Assembly: GCA_963664825.1 (NCBI GenBank)
Contig: OY761614.1
Location: forward strand, 2,400,001-2,464,000
Reading direction: 5' to 3'
DNA length: 64,000 bases
From: an uncultured Holophaga sp.
GTDB taxonomy: Bacteria > Acidobacteriota > Holophagae > Holophagales > Holophagaceae
Part shown: positions 1-8,763 of the stretch, piece by piece
Numbering within the stretch: position 1 is the stretch's first letter
Layout: each line of letters starts with the position of its first letter
The notes under the pieces: model-generated
Databases searched by the model: none
Told to the model about the DNA's origin: nothing
Seen by the model: only the letters and a program-made list of their open reading frames with translations
Translations under genes and position numbers: made by a program

Positions 1-2
1 TG

Positions 3-656
3 GGCTTCGGCGATACGGTGGTGCGGGAGGTGATGACGCCCCGCACCTCCATCCAGGCCATCGATGCCGCGGCCGACTCCGAGGAAGTCTGGGCGGCCTT
101 CCGGGCCAGCCGCCATTCACGCCTGCCCTTGGTGGACGGCGCGCCGGACGATGTGCTGGGGGTGATCCTGCTGAAGGACCTGCTCCAGACCGAACCAGGC
201 CAGGCCCTGGATCTGCGGGCCCTGGCCAAACCGGCCCTCTTCGTGCCCGAGAGCAAACACACGCTGGAACTCCTCCGGGAGATGCAGCGGAGCCGCAACC
301 CCATGGCCATCGTCGTCGATGAATTCGGCAGTGTCTCCGGGCTGGTCACTCTGGAGGATCTGCTGGAGGAAGTCTTCGGCGAGATCCGAGAGGAGCACGA
401 GGCCTCCGCGGAGATCCAGGAACTGACGGATGGTTCCCTGCTGGTGGCTGGCCAGGTCCACATCGAGGATCTGGAGACCCGCCTGGGCGCCCAGTGGGAG
501 CGCGAGGGCTTCGATACGGTGGGGGGGCTCGTGATGGCGCGCCTGGGGCGTGTGCCCCTGCCCCAGGAGTGCGTGGAGACCCCGGAAGCGCGGTTCACGG
601 TGCTGGCCATGGATGGGCCGCGGGTGCTGCAGGTGAAGGTGGAACGGCTGCCCTAG
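3..656 (+). CDS. HlyC/CorC-family CBS-domain protein (5'-truncated by window edge)
   Basis: Frame open from position 3 (GFGDTVVREVMTPR). Motifs SRHSRLP, MAIVVDEFGSVSGLVTLEDLLEEVFGEI and a C-terminal CorC_HlyC-like segment (FDTVGGLV). Confidence 0.9.
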   Translation, partial: GFGDTVVREVMTPRTSIQAIDAAADSEEVWAAFRASRHSRLPLVDGAPDDVLGVILLKDLLQTEPGQALDLRALAKPALFVPESKHTLELLREMQRSRNPMAIVVDEFGSVSGLVTLEDLLEEVFGEIREEHEASAEIQELTDGSLLVAGQVHIEDLETRLGAQWEREGFDTVGGLVMARLGRVPLPQECVETPEARFTVLAMDGPRVLQVKVERLP

Positions 657-668
657 GGGCTTGGCCAG

Positions 669-1862
669 CTACGTGACCAGATGATCTGCCAGTGCCGCCT
701 GGGACCGGTCCTGAACCGCGTCCATATCCATGGGCAGTTCGACATGGAAGGTGGCGCCTTCACCGTAGCGACTCTCCACCCATACGCGGCCGCCATGGAG
801 TTCGACTCGGTGCTTGACGATGGAGAGCCCCAGTCCTGTGGAAAATTCGTTTCCGGTGGGGAGGGCGCTGAGGCGCTGGTACAGGCCGAAGGCCAGCTTC
901 TTATCCTCTTCCGTGAGCCCAGGTCCCTGGTCCTTCACTCGGAAGAGGACCCTGTTTCCTGCCCTTGTCAGGGAGATCCATACGGAGCGTTGAGCGGGCG
1001 AGAACTTGATGGCGTTGTTGATGAGATTATCCATGATGTCCCGGACCCTGGCGGCGTCGACCCTGGCCACCAAGGGCGCTTCCTTGGGGACCTCGCATCC
1101 CAGGTGGATCTGCTTGGATTCTGCGTAGATCCGGTTCTCCTCTGCCACCTCCAGGGTGAGGCCCGAAAGGTCCGTGGGCTGGAAGTTCATCTCGTATTGG
1201 CTGGTCTCTGCGGCCGCGGAGTCGAGGAGGGCCTGGATGATGCCCAGCATCTTCTGGATGGATTCCCGGATCCGTTGGAGCTTTTTGTGCTTGAGGCTCA
1301 CGGAGTTCGGATCCTCCAGGGCTTCGCCGAGCTGGTCGGCCAGCAGGAGGATCGTGGTCATGGGGTTCTTCAGATCGTGGGCGGCCACCGCGAGGAAGCG
1401 GCTCTTGAGGAGGTTGAGTCGGCGCAGTTCCTCGTTGGTGGCTTCCAGCCTCAAGAGAGAATTTTTCTCACGGTCCGCGAACTGTTTTCGGCGCAGGCCA
1501 GAGGCGAGGCGGGCCCGCAGGAGGGCGCGATCGATGGGCTTGGGGAGATAGTCATCGGCGCCGAGTTCGATGCATTCGCGGATGGCCTTGGCCTCGTTGA
1601 GGGCCGAGAGCATGATCACGGGAATATCCCGGAGGCCCTCCTCCTGTTTGAGAATGCTGAGGGTCTGGATGCCGTCCAGGCGGGGCATCATGACATCCAG
1701 CAGGATGACATCGAAGGCTCCGGCCCTAGCTTTTTCAACGGCTTCGAGGCCGTCCTGGGCCACTTCCGTGCTGAGGCCTTCGCGTTCCAGCATGCGTGCA
1801 AGGGCATCCCGGTTGGTGTCTAGGTCGTCGACGACCAGAACATGTCCCTGGAGCGATGTCAT
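669..1862 (-). CDS. Receiver-histidine kinase hybrid
   Basis: N-terminal REC (LVVDD, LLDVMMP, KP), H-box AAHDLKNP, N-box NLINNAIKFS, G-boxes DQGPG and GLGL. Confidence 0.92.
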   Translation of the reverse strand: MTSLQGHVLVVDDLDTNRDALARMLEREGLSTEVAQDGLEAVEKARAGAFDVILLDVMMPRLDGIQTLSILKQEEGLRDIPVIMLSALNEAKAIRECIELGADDYLPKPIDRALLRARLASGLRRKQFADREKNSLLRLEATNEELRRLNLLKSRFLAVAAHDLKNPMTTILLLADQLGEALEDPNSVSLKHKKLQRIRESIQKMLGIIQALLDSAAAETSQYEMNFQPTDLSGLTLEVAEENRIYAESKQIHLGCEVPKEAPLVARVDAARVRDIMDNLINNAIKFSPAQRSVWISLTRAGNRVLFRVKDQGPGLTEEDKKLAFGLYQRLSALPTGNEFSTGLGLSIVKHRVELHGGRVWVESRYGEGATFHVELPMDMDAVQDRSQAALADHLVT

Positions 1863-2233
1863 GAGTGGTCTCCTCCCAGATGCATCTCGATCTTGGCCAG
1901 CAACCGGGCGAATTCCACGGGCTTGGTCTCGTAGTCCGTGCAGCCCGCATCCATGGCCTGTTGACGGTCGCTGGAGAGGGCGTGGGCCGTGAGAGCGATG
2001 ACGGGCACTTCCCGCATGGCAGGATCCAGCCGCAGTCGTTGTGTGGCGGCGTAGCCGTCCAGTTTGGGCAGGCTGATATCCATGAGAATGAGTTCCGGGA
2101 GCTCGGCCAAGGCCGTCGCCACGGCGGCTTCTCCATCCTCGGCGCAGATCACCTCGAAGCCCCGTCTTTGGAGGAGGCGGGTCAGCACATCGCGGTTCAT
2201 CTCGTTGTCTTCGACTAGGAGAATCTTGGTCAT
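1859..2233 (-). CDS. Single-domain response regulator (DivK-like)
   Basis: LLVEDNEMNRD, LMDISLP, ALTAHA, TKP. Start/stop overlaps with both neighbours. Confidence 0.93.
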   Translation of the reverse strand: MTKILLVEDNEMNRDVLTRLLQRRGFEVICAEDGEAAVATALAELPELILMDISLPKLDGYAATQRLRLDPAMREVPVIALTAHALSSDRQQAMDAGCTDYETKPVEFARLLAKIEMHLGGDHS

Positions 2234-4149
2234 CAGGACGCCTCCCCTTTACCGCTCCGGCTCCGACCCAGGCTGCGCAGGATGAGGGTCCGCCATTCCT
2301 TCATCAGACTCTCCTTCGAACAGGAATCCTGTTGCCGAACCCCCTGGATGGGAGGTGCGGACAAGCGGTCCTGCTCTTCCGAGGTGAGGGGCTTGTCCGT
2401 TAGGACCAGGATAGGCACTTCCCGGAGGGCCCTGTCTTGTTGGATATCGGCGGCCAGCTGGAACCCATCCATCCCCGGCATCATCAGGTCCAGGATGACT
2501 AGGCTGGGATGCTCCAGCTGGAGGTGCTCCAGCGCCTGCGCGCTGTTCCGGGCCTGGCGGACCTCCCATCCTTCGGCCTCCAGTATGAGGGAGAGCGCCT
2601 CCATGGTGAGCGGGTTGTCCTCCACCAGGAGCAGGGGCCGATGGGTGGGGCTGATGCCCAGGCGTCTCAGTGGCTCAATCAACCTGTCCCGGGAGACCGG
2701 TTTGCAAAGGTATTCGGCGGCACCCACGGCGAAACCCTGGCCAGGATCATCCACCTTGGTCAGGAGGACCACCTGGATATCCCGTAACTCGGGGTCCTCC
2801 TTGAGCTGGGCCAGGATCTGCCAGCCCTCCTTTCCCCGCATCCAGATGCCCAGCGTGATCAGGTCAGGATGGAGCGTGCGGGCCAGCTCAAGACCTTCGG
2901 TGCCATCCTGGGCGACAACGGGCCAGAGGCCCTCCTGGATAAGCATCTGGGAGAGGTCTTCGCGTATGGCAGAGTCCTCGTCGATGATGAGCACCTTCCG
3001 CCGTTCCGAATCCGGGGATTCGGGCGCGAGGACTGAATCCCCGGATTGGGGACGGAGGGGGAGACGGAAGGTGAAGGTGGAGCCCTCTCCAGGTGCGCTG
3101 GTGACGCTGAGCTCCCCGTCCAGGAGGGAGGTGAGCTTCCGGCAGAGGGAGAGCCCCAGCCCCGTTCCGCCGAAGCGGCGGGTGGTGCTCTCGTCGGCCT
3201 GGGTGAATTCATGGAAGACCCGCAGGACCTGATCATCCGTCATCCCGATGCCGGAATCCTGGACCTGGAAGACGGCCACCGGTCCTTCCCTCTTGACCCT
3301 GAGGAGGATCAGTCCGTTCTCGGTGAATTTGGCGGCGTTATTGAGGAGGTTGTAGAGGATTTGGCGGAGCATCCGGAGATCGGTCTGGATGCACGGAAGG
3401 GCGGGATCGAGTTCCATGGAGAAGCGGTTGTGGTTCTTGGCGACCAGGGGCTGGACCGTGCGTTCGATGTCTCCGAAAAGGGTGGGCAGGTCGCAGTCCT
3501 CCAGATAGGCGCTCATGCGACCCGCCTCGATCTTGGCGAGATCCAGGATGTCGTCGATGAGGGAGAGGAGATGCTTGCCCGCCGATTGGATCTTGGCCAG
3601 GTCCGGCACGAGGTCGCTCATGCCCCGCTCCTGGATCTCGTCGGTCAGGAGCTCGCTGTAGAGCAGGATGGCATTGAGGGGAGTCCGCAGTTCGTGGCTC
3701 ATATTGGCCAGGAAGGTGCTCTTGGCCCGGTTGGCCTCCTCGGCCTTCTCCTTGGCCAGCAGCAGCTGGGTATTGGCCCTCAGCAGCTGTTCGCTGCGCT
3801 GGGTCACCTGGTCCTCCAGGCGGACGGCATAGTCCTTCTCCTGATTGATCTTCCGATCGGTGTTGGAGCGCTGCTGGAGGGGCCCGGTCATCTGCTTCTG
3901 AAGCACGAAGGAGATCAGGAGGACCAGTCCGAAGGCCAGGAGGGAGATGCCGACCAGGATCTGGGAAGCCAAGCCGAGCCCCTTCAGATCCGAGTGGATG
4001 AAGAGCGTGCCCAGGAATGCGGTCGCACTGGTCAGTACGGAAAGCCCCGTGACCAGGACCAGCAGCAGGATGAGTCGACGCTTGAGCAGAAATTTTCGGA
4101 AAGCCGGAAGCACGGGGATTCCTCGACGATCATCTAATAAAAAACGCAT
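2233..4149 (-). CDS. Membrane hybrid sensor histidine kinase with two receiver domains (input region apparently reduced)
   Basis: Two hydrophobic segments, FLANMSHELRTPLNAI H-box, NLLNNAAKFT, GGTGLGL, two C-terminal REC-like domains. Confidence 0.88.
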   Translation of the reverse strand: MRFLLDDRRGIPVLPAFRKFLLKRRLILLLVLVTGLSVLTSATAFLGTLFIHSDLKGLGLASQILVGISLLAFGLVLLISFVLQKQMTGPLQQRSNTDRKINQEKDYAVRLEDQVTQRSEQLLRANTQLLLAKEKAEEANRAKSTFLANMSHELRTPLNAILLYSELLTDEIQERGMSDLVPDLAKIQSAGKHLLSLIDDILDLAKIEAGRMSAYLEDCDLPTLFGDIERTVQPLVAKNHNRFSMELDPALPCIQTDLRMLRQILYNLLNNAAKFTENGLILLRVKREGPVAVFQVQDSGIGMTDDQVLRVFHEFTQADESTTRRFGGTGLGLSLCRKLTSLLDGELSVTSAPGEGSTFTFRLPLRPQSGDSVLAPESPDSERRKVLIIDEDSAIREDLSQMLIQEGLWPVVAQDGTEGLELARTLHPDLITLGIWMRGKEGWQILAQLKEDPELRDIQVVLLTKVDDPGQGFAVGAAEYLCKPVSRDRLIEPLRRLGISPTHRPLLLVEDNPLTMEALSLILEAEGWEVRQARNSAQALEHLQLEHPSLVILDLMMPGMDGFQLAADIQQDRALREVPILVLTDKPLTSEEQDRLSAPPIQGVRQQDSCSKESLMKEWRTLILRSLGRSRSGKGEAS

Positions 4150-4321
4150 ATAGAGCAGGGCGGAGTCATTCTTCGGTCGAAATGCAACAAAGGGAAGACA
4201 TGGAGCGAACTGTCCCCAGAATCCTATCGGCGGGAATTAGGGTTGGGTGAATTTCCTAGGGGTGGAGTTTCTCCCCGTCACGGGTTTGGGCGCTCCCCCG
4301 TTAGAGTTAGTTGGGGGTTTC

Positions 4322-5584
4322 ATGATCCGTCGCCTGCTTGCTCTCCTGGCCCTGCTGGCTCTGCCGGTCGCCCTGGTGATCGTGGGAAAGAAGTCCCAGC
4401 ACCGCTTGGTGCCCCAGCCTCGGGGCATCGTGCTGGGGCTCTATGCGGGGCTTCCGGACTACGACTACCGGGAGGAGCTGGACCGGATCGCCTCTACCGG
4501 CGCCACCTGCGTCAGCCTGCAGGCCATCTACCGCATGGAGCGCTACGATAGCCTGGAAATCGTGCGCCATCCCACCAGTAGTCCCACGGAGGAGAGCCTG
4601 CGCCGGACCTTCCGCCAGGCCCGGGAACACGGCCTGCGGATGATGTTTTTCCCCACCATCAATCTGCGGGATGAGGCAGGTAACGCCAAGTGGTGGCGAG
4701 GCAACATCCGGCCCCGAGACTGGGCGACCTGGTGGAGGAACTACACGGCCTTCAATGTCCACCTGGCGGCCTTGGCCCAGGAGGGGGGGGTCGAGTGGTT
4801 CAGCCTGGGCACCGAGATGGAGAGCACCCATCCCTTCCCCGAGGAATGGAGGGCCCTGGCTCGGGAAGTGCGGAAGGTGTTCAAGGGCAAGCTCACCTAC
4901 AGCGTCAACTTCGATGCCCACGATAGCTTCCTCTTCGGCGATTGCCTGGACGTGATCGGCATCAACACCTACGACCCCATCGCCAAGTTCGATGATTACC
5001 CCAGCGATGATCAGATCCGAGACGCTTGGTGGTGGATCGTCTACAAGGCCCGGACACTGCAGGTGCGTTTCGGGAAGCCCGTCATGGTGACCGAGGTGGG
5101 ATACCCCAGCGTCGCCCACGCCCACGTGGGACCCTGGGATTTCCGCACCGATAAGCCCGCGGATCCGGAACTGCAGGACCACCTCGTCCATGGCGCCCTG
5201 AAGGTGCTGCGGAACTGGGGCGACGGGGGGGCGGTCTTCTACTACCTCTATGGCGAGAACCTGAAGCAGGGCCAGCTGCCTGGCGGCATGGCCGACCGAA
5301 CCTACGCCCCCTGGGGCAAGCCCGTGGAAAAGACCCTGCGCTGGTATTTCCACGAACCCATCTTCGAAGGGGCCATCCCCCTCGATTCGGCCAACGCCCA
5401 CGAGGCCATGATCCAGATGCTCACCTCCAGCCTGCGCAAGGAACGGGACTACGAGGATGGCCTCCGACCGACCTGGGTGAAAAAGTGGCTGGTGGAGCAT
5501 CCCGAGGACCTGAAGCAGGTGCAGGCCATCCTGGCCCTGGAGCCCGTGCCCGCGCGGAAGATTCCCAAGGGGAAGGAACGGTGA
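4322..5584 (+). CDS. Exported glycoside hydrolase, GH113-like TIM barrel
   Basis: Signal/anchor MIRRLLALLALLALPVALV, WWRGNI, putative catalytic LGTEM and VTEVGYPS, DVIGINTY. Start trimmed to ATG 4322. Confidence 0.7.
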   Translation: MIRRLLALLALLALPVALVIVGKKSQHRLVPQPRGIVLGLYAGLPDYDYREELDRIASTGATCVSLQAIYRMERYDSLEIVRHPTSSPTEESLRRTFRQAREHGLRMMFFPTINLRDEAGNAKWWRGNIRPRDWATWWRNYTAFNVHLAALAQEGGVEWFSLGTEMESTHPFPEEWRALAREVRKVFKGKLTYSVNFDAHDSFLFGDCLDVIGINTYDPIAKFDDYPSDDQIRDAWWWIVYKARTLQVRFGKPVMVTEVGYPSVAHAHVGPWDFRTDKPADPELQDHLVHGALKVLRNWGDGGAVFYYLYGENLKQGQLPGGMADRTYAPWGKPVEKTLRWYFHEPIFEGAIPLDSANAHEAMIQMLTSSLRKERDYEDGLRPTWVKKWLVEHPEDLKQVQAILALEPVPARKIPKGKER

Positions 5585-5594
5585 GCAGGATCGC

Positions 5595-5692
5595 GCATTT
5601 CGAGTAGCCGACCGCCGTCAGGCGGTGGCGTAGAGCAGCGCGGCACAGGCTTGGGCGAAGCCCAAACTGTGCAGTGCTGCGGCTCGAAATGC
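5595..5692. other. Structured intergenic element (three-way junction), function unknown
   Basis: GCATTTCGAG (5595-5604) pairs perfectly with CTCGAAATGC (5683-5692). Encloses hairpins ACCGCC-gtca-GGCGGT (5611-5626) and a long stem 5635-5680 with a GAA loop. Confidence 0.6.
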
Positions 5693-5819
5693 CGTAATGC
5701 GTCCTCGCTGAACGCGAACTGACTGAACTAATCGCACAAGTTCGGTCCGGAATCGGGCCAGGAAGCCTCGTTGTCAGCCGTGAGCCAGATCATGCCCTCT
5801 TCCGAGTAGCATTTGCACC

Positions 5820-6464
5820 ATGCGCATCCTGCTTGCCCGTCATGGGGAAACCCTCTGGAATGTGGAAGGCCGCCACCAGGGCCAGGGCTTCGATATCCCC
5901 TTATCCGAGGCGGGCCGGGCCCAGGCTGAGGCCCTGGCGGGGCGCTTCCGGTGCGAACCCATCGCCCGCGCGGTGGCGTCTCCGCTTCTGAGGGCCCGCC
6001 AGACCGCCGAGATCGCCCTGGGAGCGCGAGCCGCCATGCTCACGTTCGACCCAGGTTTCATGGAAATTTCCCATGGTGAATGGGAGGGCCGTCTGGCCTC
6101 GGAGATCCGCCAGGCTTATCCCGAGCTCCAGCAGGCTTGGCGGGAAAAGCCCCACACCGTGCGCCTGCCCGGGGGGGAAACCCTCCAGGAGGTCCAGGAT
6201 AGGGCCTGGGCGGCCCTGCTCCGGGCCTGTGAGGGTCTCGAAGGGGAGGATACGCTGCTTGTGGTCTCCCACGATGGGGTGAACCGGGCGCTCCTCTGCC
6301 GAGTGCTGGGGCTGCCCCTGGCGCGGGTCTGGTCCTTCCGCCAGGCCCCCACGGGTCTGAACCTGCTGGAGGGGGCGGACCCCGAGGGGCTGGTCCTGGT
6401 GCGCCTCAATGATGCCAGTCACTTGAGTCACCTTTTCGGGGAAGTGGTTCACAGAAAGCTGTAG
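5820..6464 (+). CDS. Histidine phosphatase family protein; candidate metal-independent phosphoserine phosphatase (PspA-like)
   Basis: RHG motif, SPLLRA, EISH85GEWEG, VVSHDG, C-terminal LNDASHL. Directly upstream of DUF1015-serA-serC. Confidence 0.8.
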   Translation: MRILLARHGETLWNVEGRHQGQGFDIPLSEAGRAQAEALAGRFRCEPIARAVASPLLRARQTAEIALGARAAMLTFDPGFMEISHGEWEGRLASEIRQAYPELQQAWREKPHTVRLPGGETLQEVQDRAWAALLRACEGLEGEDTLLVVSHDGVNRALLCRVLGLPLARVWSFRQAPTGLNLLEGADPEGLVLVRLNDASHLSHLFGEVVHRKL

Positions 6465-6584
6465 GATTCTCTTCTATCCCTTCCAGGATGGATGAATATG
6501 CGCGAAAATATGCGCAGAAACGCCCTCCTGGTACCCTTGCGGGGTCTTCTTTCATTCCAGTCATTCTTCTTGGGGGAATCCAAT

Positions 6585-7823
6585 ATGTCCCAGATCCAGC
6601 CCTTCCGCGCCTTTCGGCCCAAGGCCGAACTCGCAGGCCAGGTAGCCTCGGTGCCCTACGATGTGATCAATACGAAGGAGGCCCGGGCGCTGGCCGCCGG
6701 GAACGCCCATTCCTTCCTCCACGTGGGCCGTCCCGAGATCGATCTGCCCGAGGGGGTCGACGAGCACGATGCCAAGGTCTACGCCACAGGGGCTGCAAAT
6801 CTGAAGAAGTTCATCGCCGAAGGCACCCTCTATCACGAAGACAAGCCCTGTCTCTATGTCTACCAGCAGAAGATGGGCGATCACGTGCAGGCGGGCATCG
6901 TGGCCCTCTGCTCGGCCAAGGAATACGAGAATAACCTCATCAAGAAGCACGAGTACACCCGGAAGGACAAGGAGGACGACCGCACCCGCCACGTCACCGA
7001 GCAGGGCGCTAACGCCGAGCCGGTCTTCCTCACCTACCGCGCCGTGCCCTACATCGATCATGTGGTCGACGCCACCCGCAAGGGCAAGCCCGACTATGAC
7101 ATCGTCACGCCGGACGGCATCGGCCACACGGTCTGGACCATCCGGGACGAAGGGGTGATCACCGAGTTGGTGAGCTTCTTCAACGGCGTGCCCGCCCTTT
7201 ACATCGCCGATGGCCATCACCGCACTGCGGCCGCCATTCGTTATGCCCAGGGCCGTCGCGCTTCCACGGCCCAGCCCACGGGTGAGGAACCCTTCGAGTC
7301 CTTCATGGCCGTGGTCTTCCCCCACAACCAGCTGAAGATCATGGACTACAACCGCGTCGTGAAGGATCTCAACGGTCTTACGCCTGAGGCCTTCCTGGCC
7401 AAGGTGGGCGAGAAGTTCGAGATCGCCCCGGCCTCCAAGCCCCAGCCCGAGAAGGTCGCCAGCTTCGGCATGTTCTTCCAAGGGAAGTGGCACCGCCTCG
7501 AGGCCAAGGCCGGCAGCTTCCCCGCCAGCGATCCCGTGAAGAGCCTGGACGTGAGCATTCTCCAGGAGAACCTGCTGAATCCCATCCTCGGCATCCAGGA
7601 TCCCCGCACCGATAACCGCATCGATTTCGTGGGTGGCATCCGGGGCATGAAGGAGCTGGAACAGCGCGTGAACGAGGGTGCCGCGGTGGCATTTGCCATG
7701 TTCCCCACCAGTTTGGTGCAGCTCATGGCGGTCTCCGACGCCGGCCAGATCATGCCCCCCAAATCCACCTGGTTCGAGCCCAAGCTCCGCTCCGGCCTGC
7801 TGGTGCGGGTCTACGAAGACTGA
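6585..7823 (+). CDS. DUF1015 family protein
   Basis: PFRAFRP, PYDV, IKKHEYTR, LYIADGHHR, MPPKSTWFEPKLRSGL. GGGGA SD-like motif before ATG 6585. Confidence 0.9.
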   Translation: MSQIQPFRAFRPKAELAGQVASVPYDVINTKEARALAAGNAHSFLHVGRPEIDLPEGVDEHDAKVYATGAANLKKFIAEGTLYHEDKPCLYVYQQKMGDHVQAGIVALCSAKEYENNLIKKHEYTRKDKEDDRTRHVTEQGANAEPVFLTYRAVPYIDHVVDATRKGKPDYDIVTPDGIGHTVWTIRDEGVITELVSFFNGVPALYIADGHHRTAAAIRYAQGRRASTAQPTGEEPFESFMAVVFPHNQLKIMDYNRVVKDLNGLTPEAFLAKVGEKFEIAPASKPQPEKVASFGMFFQGKWHRLEAKAGSFPASDPVKSLDVSILQENLLNPILGIQDPRTDNRIDFVGGIRGMKELEQRVNEGAAVAFAMFPTSLVQLMAVSDAGQIMPPKSTWFEPKLRSGLLVRVYED

Positions 7824-7869
7824 ACCACAAACCCATCACGGTGAATCTTTTCCTTTTCTGGAGGTTCCA

Positions 7870-8742
7870 ATGCATATCCTCATAGCCGATGCTTTCGACG
7901 CGAAGTTGCCGGAACGTCTCGCCCCTTTCGGTAAGGTTTCCAGCGATATGGCCACCCTGGGTGAGGCCGAGGTCCTGCTGGTGCGCTCCAAGACCAAGGT
8001 GAACGCCGATCTGGTGGCCAAGGCCCCCAAGCTCAAGCTCGTCATCCGCGGCGGCGTGGGCATGGACAACGTGGACAAGAAGCTCTGCGGCGAAAAGGGC
8101 ATCAAGGCCGTCAATACCCCCAAGGCCTCCAGTGTGGCCGTGGCGGAAATGGCCATGGCCTTCATGGTCGCCATCCCGGCCCGCCTCTTGGAGGCCCACA
8201 TTTCCATGAAGGAGGGCAAGTTCCTCAAGAGCGAACTGAAGCGCACGGAACTCTTCCATAAGACCCTGGGCCTCATCGGCGCCGGCGCCATCGCGACGGA
8301 AGTGGCCAAGCGCGCCCAGGCCTTCGGCATGGAGGTGATCGCCTTCGATCCCTTCCTCAAGGCGCATCCCATCGCCAAGCTCGTGAGCCTGGATGAACTG
8401 GCCGCCAAGGCCGATGTCATCAGCATGCACACGCCCCTCACCGACGAGACCAAGGGCATGGTGAACGCCGGCCTCCTCGCCAAGATGAAGGATGGCGTGA
8501 TGATCATCAACACGGGCCGCGGCAAGTGCGTGGTGGAAGAGGACCTGGTGGCCGCCCTCAAGAGCGGCAAGGTGAAGGCCTATGGCACGGACGTGTGGCC
8601 CAGTGACCCGCCCCCGGCGGAATGCCCCCTCCTCAGCGCCCCCAACGTCTTCATGTCGCCCCATCTCGGCGCCAGTTCCAAGGAGAACCTGGGCCGCATC
8701 GGCGACGAGGTCGTGGCGATCCTTTCGAACTTCAAGGCCTGA
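7870..8742 (+). CDS. serA: D-3-phosphoglycerate dehydrogenase, short form without ACT domain
   Basis: LVRSKTKV, RGGVGMDNVD, GLIGAGAIA, INTGRG, SPHLGAS. GGAGG SD before ATG 7870. Adjacent to serC. Confidence 0.82.
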   Translation: MHILIADAFDAKLPERLAPFGKVSSDMATLGEAEVLLVRSKTKVNADLVAKAPKLKLVIRGGVGMDNVDKKLCGEKGIKAVNTPKASSVAVAEMAMAFMVAIPARLLEAHISMKEGKFLKSELKRTELFHKTLGLIGAGAIATEVAKRAQAFGMEVIAFDPFLKAHPIAKLVSLDELAAKADVISMHTPLTDETKGMVNAGLLAKMKDGVMIINTGRGKCVVEEDLVAALKSGKVKAYGTDVWPSDPPPAECPLLSAPNVFMSPHLGASSKENLGRIGDEVVAILSNFKA

Positions 8743-8763
8743 TCGATTTTTTTGGAGATTTCC

